From the NCBI RefSeq assembly GCF_001447785.1, contig NW_015162547.1:32407-96406 (forward strand): a stretch of DNA of 64,000 nucleotides. Direction: 5' to 3'. Position numbers and translations under genes: made by a program. The stretch comes from Gekko japonicus. Taxonomy: Eukaryota. Positions 1 through 12,700 of the stretch are shown here, in pieces. The notes below the pieces were generated by a model that was given only the letters and a program-made list of their open reading frames with translations, was not told the DNA's origin and ran no database searches. Positions within the stretch are counted from its first letter, which is position 1; each line of letters begins with the position of its first letter.

Positions 1-255
1 CCTCCCCTCCCCTCCCCTCCCCTGGGCCAGACACGCCGCGCAACACGCGGCCGGGCCTTCCTGACCCCACCACCCCCTTGCCGGAGGGGCCAGCGGCGGC
101 GGCGGCGGATTAACGAGGGGAGATGGTCGCAGGCTGGCCGGCCGGCCGGCACTGACCCACCGCTCCATCCGAGCTTCCCGGGGGCTCCCCACGACAGGCA
201 CCCGGCCACCGCTAGGGAAAACACTGGAGGGCTGCAGGAAGCCGGCCCCAGATTA
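1..255 (-). promoter_or_regulatory. CpG island, possibly the first exon (ATGGAGCG|gtgggt) of the next minus-strand gene
   Basis: CpG-dense, (GGC)n; ATG at 168-166 followed by a donor-like site at 160. Confidence 0.35.
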
Positions 256-292
256 NNNNNNNNNNNNNNNNNNNNNNNNNNNNNNNNNNNNN

Positions 293-553
293 GAACTGCT
301 CCCCCCCCCCAAATCTGACCCAAATTCTACAATGTAGAATGACACAGCCGGTCTCCCCCGCCATTTGCTTGTTTCCAGAGTGCCCGGAACATTGGAATAA
401 TTGCCAGGCAAACCGGCTCTGTGGTGCACACTGTTGGGGGGGGGGGGGGGAAAGAACTGCCCCCCCCCCCAAATCTGACCCAAATTCTACAATGTAGAAT
501 GACACAGCCGGTCTCCCCCGCCATTTGCTTGTTTCCAGAGTGCCCGGAACATT
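293..553. repeat. ~100-bp direct duplication adjacent to an N-gap
   Basis: 293-393 is almost identical to 454-554. Confidence 0.8.
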
Positions 554-1678
554 GTGGCAACGCCCATGTGGGGGAACAGCACTGGCTAGGACCAGGGAAG
601 AGGCCAGAGAGGGATCGAGGGTAAAAGCAGTACAGGAGATTACAGCCCCCCCCCCCCATGTGTTTTCTGAACTTTCATCAAATTACCTACAATGCCTGTT
701 AAATCTTGAGAAACATGATGGTTTAAGCAGCAAAAAGATTCTCACCAGCACGCCACAGATCAAATTTCACAGACATAGAGTCCAGAAGGTTCCAGATTAA
801 ATGTTGGATAAAATACTGGTTTAGAACTACAAACTCAGCCTGACCCTGGGTATCTTCTCATCCAACACCCCAAGCTACCTAAACTTTAAAAAACGCTCAA
901 GGGCAAATTCTACACACTGCCAAACCCCTGCAATGGGAACATCCTGCCAGTCCGGAACCAGTAGAGACAGTAAAGGGATCCACCCCCACCACGCCGACAT
1001 CCGCAGCCCAACACTCCAGCCCTTCCCAAAGGCCTCCTCACACTTCCCGGAGATCTCTGCAAGGGCATGGAAGATAACCCACCTCCAAATCAAGAAGCAG
1101 GTTACCCTGCATCTTCAAAGGTCTGCATGCATCAATCACCTTCCGTGAGGCTGCAACTCGGTCCTCCTTTGAGGTGGCATAGTGACCATCTCATCAGCAA
1201 AGACCTCTGACGGAGCCCACCTGGTAAGTGAATGGCGTTTGGGTATGGGTCTCTTTCCAGCCAGTGTCCAGTTTCCTTTGGAGAGCACATCCCAGAACAG
1301 CCAGGGACAGGCCCAAAGGAGACAGGGGCTGGTCAGCTGCCCCACTGTCAACCTCTGGAGTGGGCACATGTGGAGAACCTCTCTCTTGGGAGTCACAAAA
1401 TGCTATTCCCTGAGGGATACAAGGTGGCTTTCGCTCTAAGGTGATCAAACATGGAGACCTAAAAAAGTATAACAGTAGAAACATCTCCCTCCAGAAAAAT
1501 CATGTTAGAAAATTCAATTACTATTTTAAATTCTTTACAACAAAAATGGCCTATGTGCTGAGAAGGACCCGAGCCCCACCGGTGCAACCCAGTCTGAATG
1601 ACAAAATGGACAAGCGGCAGCAGGAGAGAGGCGCTGCTGTGCTGGACAAGAATCCCGGCCCAAAATTCTGATTACTCC

Positions 1679-2395
1679 TGTAATGATTCCATGTTCTGGT
1701 GTGTGTGTTGCTTTAAATGTTTTGTTTGACTGCAGTAATATGAGAAGAGTGATAAAAGGGTGACAAGTGTGATTCGGTTCGCTGCTGACTGAGAGTGTGG
1801 GATTCTGTGATAGGAGACAAGTGTGGAAGAGTCCGTGTGACTCTGAGAGTTATGAAGGATTCTGTGTGTGAAGCTTGAAGAAAGAACATAGTCTGTGTGA
1901 CTATGGGATTTTGATTCTAATTCTGTGTGAATAAGACCAAAAGTTTAGTCTGTGTGACTATGAGAGTTGATTCCATTGTGTGAATAAAACAAAGACTAGC
2001 CTGTGTGGCTATATCTATATATATGAGATAGAGAAAGATTATACTGAGCATATAAGCCTGTCAGAGTGGAGTTCAGAGTTTGAGAGACTGTTTGTAGCAC
2101 CAAGCTTTGCCAGTTATATTTACAAGTTCCTGTCTTCAGCAACGGTTCAAAATAATCAGAAACCTATTTTGTTCTGTCTTCAGCAATAAATCAATTTTTG
2201 TTTAAACTTATCCCAGAAATCAGTATAGTTCTTCCTTACGGCCACATAGTCCTCTGAAGTGCCAAGACCCTAGGTCATTCTACCAGGAGAGATTTGGGAT
2301 TTTTAATTCCTGGTGGCAGCAGAAAGCTACCAAGTTTATAAACACAGAGAGTGTTTAAAGGTAAAACCGTTTCCCCTGTAAGCGAAGACGCCACA
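1679..2395 (+). mobile_element. Solo LTR
   Basis: TGT...ACA termini, 5-bp TSD ACTCC (1674-1678, 2396-2400), AATAAA at 2185, internal ~55-60 bp repeats (gtctgtgtgact), low GC relative to flanks. Confidence 0.75.
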
Positions 2396-3708
2396 ACTCC
2401 TCTAGCAGTGCCCAGGAGGCAGAGGCAAAAGAGGACGCCACCCATCTGAGTGGCAAAGAAGAAGTAGACGGAAAACTTCTGGAAGTCATTTAATGCAACG
2501 GTCTGAAGTACGCTCATCAGATTTGCCAGCAGGCCCCAGAGAAACACGGGGTCCCTCTGGTCATGCTCCACGAAGACGCAAGAGAGGTCTGAAGTCTACT
2601 TCTGGAAACCTGTATCAAAGACATGCTAATGGTTTCATCTAAACACAGCACACAAAAAACTCCAGTTGTTTCTCTTCACATTTACCAGAAGCCTCCCTCA
2701 ATGAAACCACAAGAAGTGCTTTGGACAACCTCTGCCAAAACACCAGATAGTACTGCATAGATAAGAGATTATAGAAATGACTGTAAACATCAGTTATAAA
2801 GACGCACAAGGACGCATTCCTTTTCCTTTCTTCTGTGGATATGGCCTCTGCCGTGGTGCTTCTGGGGGCACGTTGGCCCACATCCACAAACGTCAGGGAG
2901 GGTGGAGCGCTGCAGGCCGCCCTCCAGATCTGTCACAGTTCACGAGGGCGTGAACACTTGCCCTAGCCGCTTCTGAACACCACTCGGGTGGAAGTATACA
3001 CGTGGGGAAAGTTGGGGGCATTCTTTTTGAAATGGACCTTCAGTCTTAAAATGTAGCTAGAAGTCGAGTTTAACATCTGCAATACGAAGAGAGGAAAGCC
3101 AGTTCCAGAGAAGCAGGCAAAAGGTTTCTTCCCAAGCCAACTCTTCCCTTTGTGGACTGAAATGAGCAGAGGCGAGAAAGCGATGTGCGGGCTTCCTGTC
3201 GGCAGCCCTTCCTTCCACCTGGGCTAGCGCTGCGGACTACCAACGGCATGCCCCAAGAGCCACACGAGGACAGTCATCTGGGGTGACCATGCAGGGCGGG
3301 CCTTCATGGGCTGCAAGTGACACGTAGCACCAAGTATGTTGCCCTTTCATCACTGCCCTGCAAGGAGGACGAGCCACACTGCTTCCGGGCACTCCGCAAA
3401 GCCTCCTCCAGACACAGCGCTGGGCAGAGAGCTCCTCTCTCTCTCTCTCTGCAGAAGAGTGGAGGGGGCACACTTCTTTGCATGGGTGGCTCGGACCACG
3501 AAAGAATCCCCCCCAGCAGGCCTGAGAGCCAACACTGCCCTTTGTGCAGCAAGGCAGGCATCCCTAACCCCCCACTGCCTGCTTTGTTTGCTCCAAACGT
3601 ACAAATGGGTCAAAATCCAGATCAACAAAAAATGTCTGAAGAAAGGGCTCTCCCCACCCCGGCCACAGCTCTTCATGGGGTCATTCTTCAGCATCCAATA
3701 CTGGGACG

Positions 3709-3738
3709 TTACATCCTCGAACCGCGTTCCTGCAAGAT
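3709..3738 (-). CDS. KCTD5: KCTD5 last coding exon
   Basis: Polypyrimidine tract then cag|ILQERGSRM*(TAA). Confidence 0.92.
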   Translation of the reverse strand: MLQERGSRM

Positions 3739-6700
3739 CTGGGAAGGGGGGAGAAGAGGGGGGAAAGGCACAATAGGTGAGACAAGGCCCAACAAGGAGA
3801 CTCCCATCTCCAGCAAGTCCCAGCCCTTTCTAGGACCTTCTCGAGAGCCAAGCCCTGAGGCAGGGCAAAGAACGGATTTCCTGACTCCGCCCCCAGGAGT
3901 CTTCTGGCAGTGCAACAAAGAGAACATCTGCTGGCAAGCTAGGTGGGGCTTCAGCTGCTGCAGACCACAAGGCGCTTCCAAAACGGGGGTGGGGGGAATG
4001 CTGAGACTATCCACAAACGGGCCAGACCCCCAAAGCAGACCAGTCCAGCTGCAGAGAACAGATGTGCCATCCAGCCGCTTCTGACGCTGAACGTGCTGCC
4101 CTGTTCCATGAGGCTTGCATTCCCACGAGCACAGGCTTCCTGCTGCCACCGCCTGCCCACCCCCACCCAGCTCAGTCAAGCACATCAAGGGCCCAGTAGC
4201 TCCCACGGGGGCCTCCGTGGCGTGGCCAAAGTGTTTGGTGGCTGAAGGACTCCCTTGCAGCCCGCCCTAAGAATCAGGATGTCGTGGGCTGCACGAAGAC
4301 CAGAACGGTGACGTGGGGGAGCCTGTTCTCTCAAGCGGAGGGGGGGAGGAGGGCTCTTGTTTCTTAGCCCCAGCAGAAGGAGCTTATCCAGCCCTCGGCA
4401 GTCAGGGAGGCACTTTCCCCAGTGGGGGTGCACGGATTCCCAGTACCACAAATGTGGTGTGCTTCTTCCTCCCGCCTTCCAAGGCTAGGGGGGGAGGGGG
4501 GAAATCTTTCAAAATTCATAGGTTTTGGGAGCCAGCGTGTGGTTAAATGAGGATCTCATAGACGCAGGCTCAAATCCCCGTTTGTGCCATGGAAGCACAC
4601 TGGGTGACCTTGGGCCAGTCACAGAGTCTCAGCCTGGTCTACCTCACAGGGAAGTTGTTGTGAAGACAAAATGGGACAGGGAAGAACAACGTAAACCACC
4701 AGGAGCTCTTGGGAGGAAGGAGGGAAAGCGACCAGAGAGTGCCCTCGTTATATAACTATACAGAGCATGCAATTATATAATAGCGACCAGAGTCCCCCGA
4801 TGTCCCTCTGCTCCACAGGTGAGCCGTCCAGCTGTGTGGTCCAACCCAAGTCCCGCATTCTGAGCAACGGATTCACAAAGCCTCCCCTTAGATTTCTCTG
4901 GCAACTGTAACTCAAAAGGAAGAGCCCTGCCAGCTGCCGTATCAAGCGGATAAAGGCGTCTGCTCCCAAAGGAGACGCCCAGCACCAGCACCCAGCGCCA
5001 TGCCAGACCTCCCTTCTTCACGCTGAACCCGGCCAGACCACATCCTGCCAACCCCCACAACCCACACTGGCTTTTGGCCACCTCTCTGGTGGCCACATTC
5101 TTGATCCACCTCTGGTCCGTGGAGACATGGGGGGGGGGGGACTCTCTGTGACCCCCCCACGAAAGGTAGCGCCAGTCTCAGGGGAGAATCCAAGCTGACA
5201 AACGGTCTTGCCAGAGCCAAAGGTTGCTACGACAACCCCATCCATGCCTGACAGCGAGGGGGGGGACGTCTTTCCAATCGGATCAAAATGGCGTTCTCAC
5301 CCAGGAAGTCCAGCTGCTCTGAATGGCCTCCGGAGGCCCTGGCTCAGTGGCAGAGCATCCGCCCGGCATGCGGAAGGTCCCAGGTTTGGTCCCCTTAAAA
5401 AGGACCAGGCGGCTGGTGATGAGAAGCCTGAGACCAGGGAGAGCGGCTGCCGGTCTGAGTAGACAACGCTGCCCTCGATGGACCGGGGGTGTCCGATTCG
5501 GCCAAAAGCAGCTCCATATGTGCTCAAGCCAACTGCATGTGCGCTCAAGCCCTAACCCCACCGGCCCACCTTCCCTTTTCCCTTCCTCCTCCCCCCCTCC
5601 CCCCACACGTCTCCTCCCCAAAGATCCTTCTGCCATCGGTCCTTGCCAACATCTGAGCCATATTGAGTTTCTCCTCCGCCAGAGACATCGGTGGGCACAG
5701 GGAACCCCGAACTAGGCCAGGGGGGCCACGCTGCCTACGAGAGAGGGGCGAGTGGGCAGCAGGCTCCCCTCCCTCCCACAAGCCCCGAACTCCTTCAGGG
5801 GGGGGGGAGGAGATGGGCTGTGGCAGACCCTGCCCAATGGCCAAGGGCCCACACTGGCCGTCTCAGCCCCGGCAGTTCCAGGACTACCCTCCTTCAGCCA
5901 TCCACCCCAACTGCCCTTATAAGCCGCCCTGAGCCCACGGGGGAGGGTGGGGTATAAGTACAAAAAATAAATAAATATTAATAAATTAATAAACTGGGAC
6001 AGGCAGACGTGAAGCCCTTCCTTCCAACAAACCACTCTTCTTTGGAGCTGGAGACTCGTGCTGGAAATGAGTCTGCCCAGGGGCTCAGAGTAGGAAAATA
6101 GTCTAAACATGAGTCCCCCCCCCCCCACACCCACACCCCGACAAAGAGGGGCAGGAAAATTTCAGCCCCACGGGGTAAGCAAGGTTTCCTCTGCTGTGGG
6201 AGAGTATGTTTTGGAGTCAAGAGCAGGCAGGCGCACGTGGGGCGCAGTTCCTGAAGACGGACGGAAAGGCTGCCCCGGGTGGGGCACAGCAAGGTAAGGG
6301 GCCACGTCGTGGGTGGCTGTGGCCTTGCTCGGGACCCCGTCCTCTCAAGTGCAGGCCTCCCTGTTGCCCTGTCCCTTGGCCTGCTTCCAAGCATTCTTGC
6401 CCCCGCCCCACAGTAAGAAAAAGCACAACCCACCTCCCCTCCCTCAAGGAGCCAACGCACTACTGGACTACAAGGCCATCTGGTGCTGTTTCCACCTGGG
6501 CAGAGGGAGTGAAGCAGCTACCACCACGAGACACCACACCAAAGGGGAAGTGGGGGGGGCAGGTGGGGTCCAGAGACCTGGTGCTCACCAGCGGCATTCA
6601 CCCTTAATCTGAGTCATGCATCTCCCAATCCGTCTCTTCATCTTCGCTCTGAGCAGCATGCAGCCAGTGTGAAGAAAGGGGAGGCAAAAGAAAAGAGGGC

Positions 6701-9700
6701 AAGTTGAGTTGTGCCACAGCAAGGCCGGAGCGCCTCCCCTCTGGGGCCAGAGAAAGAGAAANNNNNNNNNNNNNNNNNNNNNNNNNNNNNNNNNNNNNNN
6801 NNNNNNNNNNNNNNNNNNNNNNNNNNNNNNNNNNNNNNNNNNNNNNNNNNNNNNNNNNNNNNNNNNNNNNNNNNNNNNNNNNNNNNNNNNNNNNNNNNNN
6901 NNNNNNNNNNNNNNNNNNNNNNNNNNNNNNNNNNNNNGCAGGCAGCTGCAAGGCAGGGCTTCAGCCCCCGGACCAGCAGCCCGTCAGGACAGATCGACGG
7001 CAAGCCCGCTGGCTGCCAGGAGAGTCTACCAGACTCGACTCGGTCTGCAGGCCCGCCTCCTGCACCGAAGCGCCCGAAAGCACCACACCAACTCCTCTGC
7101 CAAGCAGAAGCTGGCGGGAACGTCTCCGTCTCAGACTGAGAATAGCAGCAGCTCAGCCAGCCAAGCCCCCAGGCCAGGAGGGCGCAGCAACAGAAAAGAG
7201 TTACGAGCGCAAACAGCCGGTTAAAGCAACCTGTAGAACCCCCAAGATAGTCCCACGTCTGTTTCCACTGCAAGGTGCATGAAGACAAGGACGGTAGTTG
7301 TGGGGCCTGGCAATTACTCTTTCTACTCCCCACCCCCACCCCCCCAACATCCTTCTACAGCAAGGAGGTGTCCCTGTTTCCCTTCAGGATCGCGAAGAAT
7401 TGCAGAACCGATGTTTAAAAACCTGACCTCAAAAACCTACGCCCCTCTAAAAAACAGGCATGTCCAGCTTGGGGGGCCATGAGCAGATGTGGCTAATTTA
7501 TATTCCTTTGTCCTTCACTCTCCTTGTGTTCAACCTCCCCCCGCCCCCCGCATTGGGGGTTTCCTGGAGAAAAGCAGAGTGGGAGAGTGGAGGCTGCAAG
7601 TCCCCGGCACGGGACATCAAGAGCCCGACCTCTGGAAAGGAGGACCTCCACACCTCATCCCTCCAGACACCTGCACGGCCTCCCCCACCCCCTTCCCTTC
7701 TGCCGCACCACGGCCATTCCACCCACCCACCCGCCCACGGCACCTCCTGCAGCACCCGTCCTGACTCAGACACCACATGGGGAAAAGAGAGGCCCAGAGG
7801 CAGACCCTGGTCCTGCCGCACCGCTCTGCCAGAGCCCTCGGCGGTCTTCCGGCCACTAGCTGCCCCTTTCCCACACACTGTTCCCAGAGGCGTGAACCTC
7901 AGACTGCATTTCTGTGCTGCCTGAAAGGGCCAGTCCCCCCCCCCCGCCCAACCCCTGAGCAAAGGAGCACTGACACACACACACACCCTCCGCTTTGGCT
8001 GCCAGCTATCCCTTCTTCAAGGAGACTGGAATCCCAGGGGGCTGAGTGTTCACGGTCAGGCACGCACGGCTTTCTCCACCTCCCTGCAGAGCCAGCGCGG
8101 ACCCGGGTCCGCGTTCCGGCATCCTCTCCACTGAGCCAGCGTAGTCAAGGTGGGAGCAACACGGCCGTCCCTCACGCACAGCCCTCCGGCCCAGCCAGGC
8201 CTGGCCTCCGACCACTTGCCCCCACCTGCCCGTTTCTGGAGGACGGCTTCAGTATTCCACTCCAAACAGGTGCACAGAGAAGCCCCGCAGTAACCCAGAC
8301 CCAGATGCAATACAATGTCAGCGGAGGACACGAGGGTCCCACCCCCACCCCCATGCCAATGACCCAAGGGGGGTGGGGGGAGACCCAGGGGGTCCAGCCA
8401 GAGGCTCCAGCCCGGCAGCTCTGCTGTTCCTGCCCTCCCCTCCCCGCATGCGCACAGGCCGCCGGGGGTGGTGGTGGTGGTGGTGTGTGCCTCACCTTGG
8501 CCTTCTCACTGGGCTCGCTGGCCGTCCCGGACGGGGTGTTGTGCAGCTCCTTGGAGACGACGCACAGAAATTCAGCCTGGTCTTCATTCCCGTAGTTATA
8601 GGAGGAGCCAATGCTGACGAGCTGGAAGGCAGAAAAAGTGTCTGTGTGTGTGTGGGGGGGGGGGTTTCAGGGAAGCTGCACTCCGGGGGCTCCTACTTCT
8701 CAAGAGCTGAAGGCCCCACCTCGGAACCAGCCACCGGGGAGGTTGAAGCTCCCTGCCTGAAGCTGCTCCAGCCCCGCTCTGCCTGGGGTTCGAATTCCTG
8801 CCTGGGGTTCGAATTCCTGTTTGCCATGAAAACTAACTGGGTGACCCGGGGCTACTCATCCCGACCCACTCAAAGGATAAAGCACAAGAGGGGAGAACCT
8901 ACGTTGGCGGCTGCAGCTCCTTGGAAAAAGGAGAATAAATACTTAAATATGCTCTGACACCAAGCAATAGCTAACTGGATTTCAAATGGAGTTCTGGAGC
9001 ACACAATTATCAAAAGTTCAACTGCACAAGAAGCACGTCCTCTCCATGCCCCGACACCCCAAGTACTCCTGCTCTGTGTCCCCGGACTCTAGGCTTCAAA
9101 GACAGAGTTGCCACAATGGGGCGAGGCTTGGCAGGCAGAAGGTCCCGGGTTCAGTCCCCAGCAGCATCACCAGGTGAACAACCTGGCAGGAGGTGACAGG
9201 AAAGGCCTCTCTCTGCCTGAGAACCTGGAGAGCCGCTGGCCGTCTGAGTAGGCAAGACTGACGACGAGGGACCCAGGGCCGCATGTAAAAAAAAAAAAAA
9301 AAGGCTAAACGAGGATCCGCTGAAACTATACGATGGTCTCATTAAGAATTTTGCTCCCCTCCTGTTCCAGGAGGCAGGTCAGAGAGCCCCCACCCCTCAC
9401 AAGCTAAAGTCAAAGCCTTGGTACGATAGAGACTGCTTGGAGGCAAAAAGAGTACTTACTCAAGCGTATGCTAACTACATTGGTCGTTACGATACGAGAG
9501 AGCTAAGTGCTTACCTAGCCCTACTAGAAAAAAAACGCTTCTATAAAAATTTAATTAAAAGAAAAAAGAAAGATTATGCTAGGGAAGCATGGAGGGCTCT
9601 TATCCAAGCTGCTAAGGAAAAGAACTCCGCTTTGTTTTGGAGGTTGGTCTCCATTCGAAGGCAAAACAGCACCTCAATAAGGGAAACCTATATTCCTCCT

Positions 9701-12700
9701 GAAACTTGGATCTCTCATTTCCAAAATTTGTACCATGACACTCCTTCCCCCTGCTCTGTGTCCGCAGTTTTCAGTGACCTGCCAAGCTGGCCTCAAGTAT
9801 CATCTGAAGAGATCACAGCACTGATAGGCCAACTTAAAAGAGGAAAGGCCCCCGGCCTAGATGGCATCCCCCCTGAATTTCTGAAGGAAAATATAAACTG
9901 GTGGGCACCCTTCTTAGCGCACCTATTTACTTACATCGATAGAACAGGGAGGGTCCCAAGTGACTGGGGGGAGGCGGTGGTTGTTCCTTTTTATAAAAAG
10001 GGTAATCAAAAGGATCCTGCAAACTACAGGCCTATTAGTCTACTTAGCGTCATTAGCAAATTATATGCCAAACATCTCCTAGAAAAACTGACGCTCTGGC
10101 TCGAGCAAGAGGATATAATAATACAGGAGCAAGCTGGGTTTAGGCAGGGTAGGTCAACAATGGATCACTGCCTCCTTTTACAGCATCTGATTGAAAAATA
10201 TTCTGGCAAGGGCCCTACGTCACTTTATGCTGCCTTTATTGATCTTAAAGCGGCCTTCGATTCCGTTTCTAGATCTATGCTATGGAGTAAACTTGAAGCC
10301 TCCTCAATAGATAGGAGACTTCTAGCCCTCATTCGTGCCCTCCACGAACATACATCTTTGAGGGTTAGATATTCCAGGCTGGGGCACTTGACTGATAGAA
10401 TTCCCACCTTAAAGGGAGTTAGGCAAGGCTGTATGCTAGCTCCTGCTCTATTTAATTTTTACCTCAATGATGTTGTTGGGTACCTAGATGATGCAGATCT
10501 TCATCCCCCCAAATTGGCTCAGCGCTCTATCACGATACTGTTATATGCTGATGACGCTGTTATTCTTTCTAGAACCCCAATTGGAATGAGAAGGGCAATT
10601 AAGAAGTTCGCTTGCTATTGCAATGAGCAGGAGCTGGATATAAATTATACAAAGACAAAGGTGATGGCCTTTGGCAAGAGACCCAAACTAAGGAAGTGGA
10701 GGGTAAATGGGCAGAACCTCGAACAGGTAGCTAGTTTTCGCTATCTGGGCATGATCATCCAAGCCTCTGGATCTAGGACTGCCCATAGCCAGGCAGCTGC
10801 TTGCTCGGGTGAAAAATCCTCTCATGGCATTCTTAAGTTTTTTAGCTCCCAAGGGGGCTATTTTGTACCACCAGCTTTAAAACTTTACAAGGCCAAAACA
10901 CTTGCCCAGATGCTCTACGGAACGCTGCTTGGAGCGCCTCCATCTAGCTATGCTCCTTTGGAGCTAGTCCAATCGAAATTTTTGAGAGCAGTGCTCCAAG
11001 TTCCGAGATGCGTATCCAACGCAATGGTACGGCTAGAGACTGGCATGCTGAAGGTTGAAGCCATGATTGCCTTATACTCCATCTTCTATTGGCTGAAGAT
11101 CAATTTGAACCCATGTGGACTAGTGCCCCTGATTCTGTCTGATGCCTTTGAATCTAATTGGCTGATTTCTGTTAAGCGGAAAATCTCGCTCTTGGGGTAT
11201 TCTCCCTTAGCGCTTTTGGAGATGGGTAGGGACCGAGCTAAGTTAGAAATAAGACAGAGGATCAAGGATACCGAACGTCAATTAGATCTACAGGTGTCCC
11301 CAACATTTATAGCGCCAATTAGAATTAAATACATCGTTGCGCAGGCCCCATATCTTAACGTTTTGGAGTCACGTAAACTTAGGAGGGCATATACTCTGGC
11401 CAGATGCTCGGCCTTACCCTCTGCAGTTCTTGAGGGTAAATTTAAAAAAATACCCCGAACAGAGAGGCTATGCTTGTGTGCGTTGGGGGAGATTGAATCT
11501 CAGGAACATGTGCTTCTAAGATGCCCGGTATTTGAAGAGGCTCGTACTAAACTTATTAATCCCCTTCTGGCAGGCACTTCGGATCAGGACAAGGTGGAGA
11601 ACTTGTTTCTTAACCTTGAACACACAGCGCTCTATCAGATTGCGAAATTTTGTTCCTTGGTGGTAGAAGCGCATCAGCATGATGGTTGGCACTCGGGTTA
11701 GGACTGTTGCTTTTAACTCGTACCGTTCCCTTTGGTAATATGTTTTATTCTTTTATACTATACTGTGTTTTATGGCAGCGCACTCTTAGTTCGGTTTTAA
11801 CAAATGTAAAGTTTATATTGTTAGTACCTTTTACCTTGCTGAATTTTGGAAATTTTACTATTTGGCCATTGTAATTTATTTTTTCTGGTTTTATATTGCT
11901 GGCTAATCGCTGTTACAATAAAATTCACGTCATTCACGACCCAGGGCCGCCTGACTCAGTACAGGGCTACTTCAGAGATCCCTGACTGAAGGCACGGACT
12001 TGGCGGAGCCCCGTTTGAGGGCAGCCTCCACCGGAGGCCAGATGCAGTCACGGGGGAGGGGAGGGGGCTTCTTCCCAGAGGCTACTTGGCACACAGGGGT
12101 GTCTGGAGAAAGCCAGGAGCTGGTGCAGCAAAGTGGTTAACCGCTCAAGTGCAAATGCCTAGAAAGCCCCGCAGGAGTGTCAAATGCCATTCAGATTTAT
12201 TATCTCTCAGTTTTGCAAGCAGATCCCAGGTTTGACACCTGGCATCTCTCTCCCTCTCAAGCAGCAGGAGTCGAGAAAGGTCTTTCCCCACCTGACACAT
12301 GGGAGAGGAGACGTGGGCAGGTGGGAGTGACTCCGGATAAGGCAGCTTCATCCATTAGTCCGCGTCCCCCGCCCAACCCGGTGCTGCTGTCAGGAGTACC
12401 AAACACGTGGGCTGACCGCTGCTAGAGGAACGCTCCTGTTCCGACGGCTGCCCTGAGAGTGCCTCTGGGCCAGGCCCCCCTCCAGCCTTGCCTCTGGCAT
12501 CATCCGTCAGCAGCAGTTCTGGGGCAGATTTCTTACCTGCTCAAATTTCCAGCCATCTGACATGGTGGAGACCATTTGGGTCAGTTCCTCTTCCTGGCAC
12601 TGCAGGACCCTGTAAACATGCTTGGCCGGCAACTGTCACGAGAAAGGGATGGAGAGAGAGAGAGAGAGAGAGGAAGGAGTGGAGTAGGAGGCGAGGGAGC

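Noticed and set aside
293-553. 100-bp direct repeat as a biological tandem repeat
   Set aside because: It abuts an N-gap and G/C homopolymers, so it is most simply a contig-overlap artifact.
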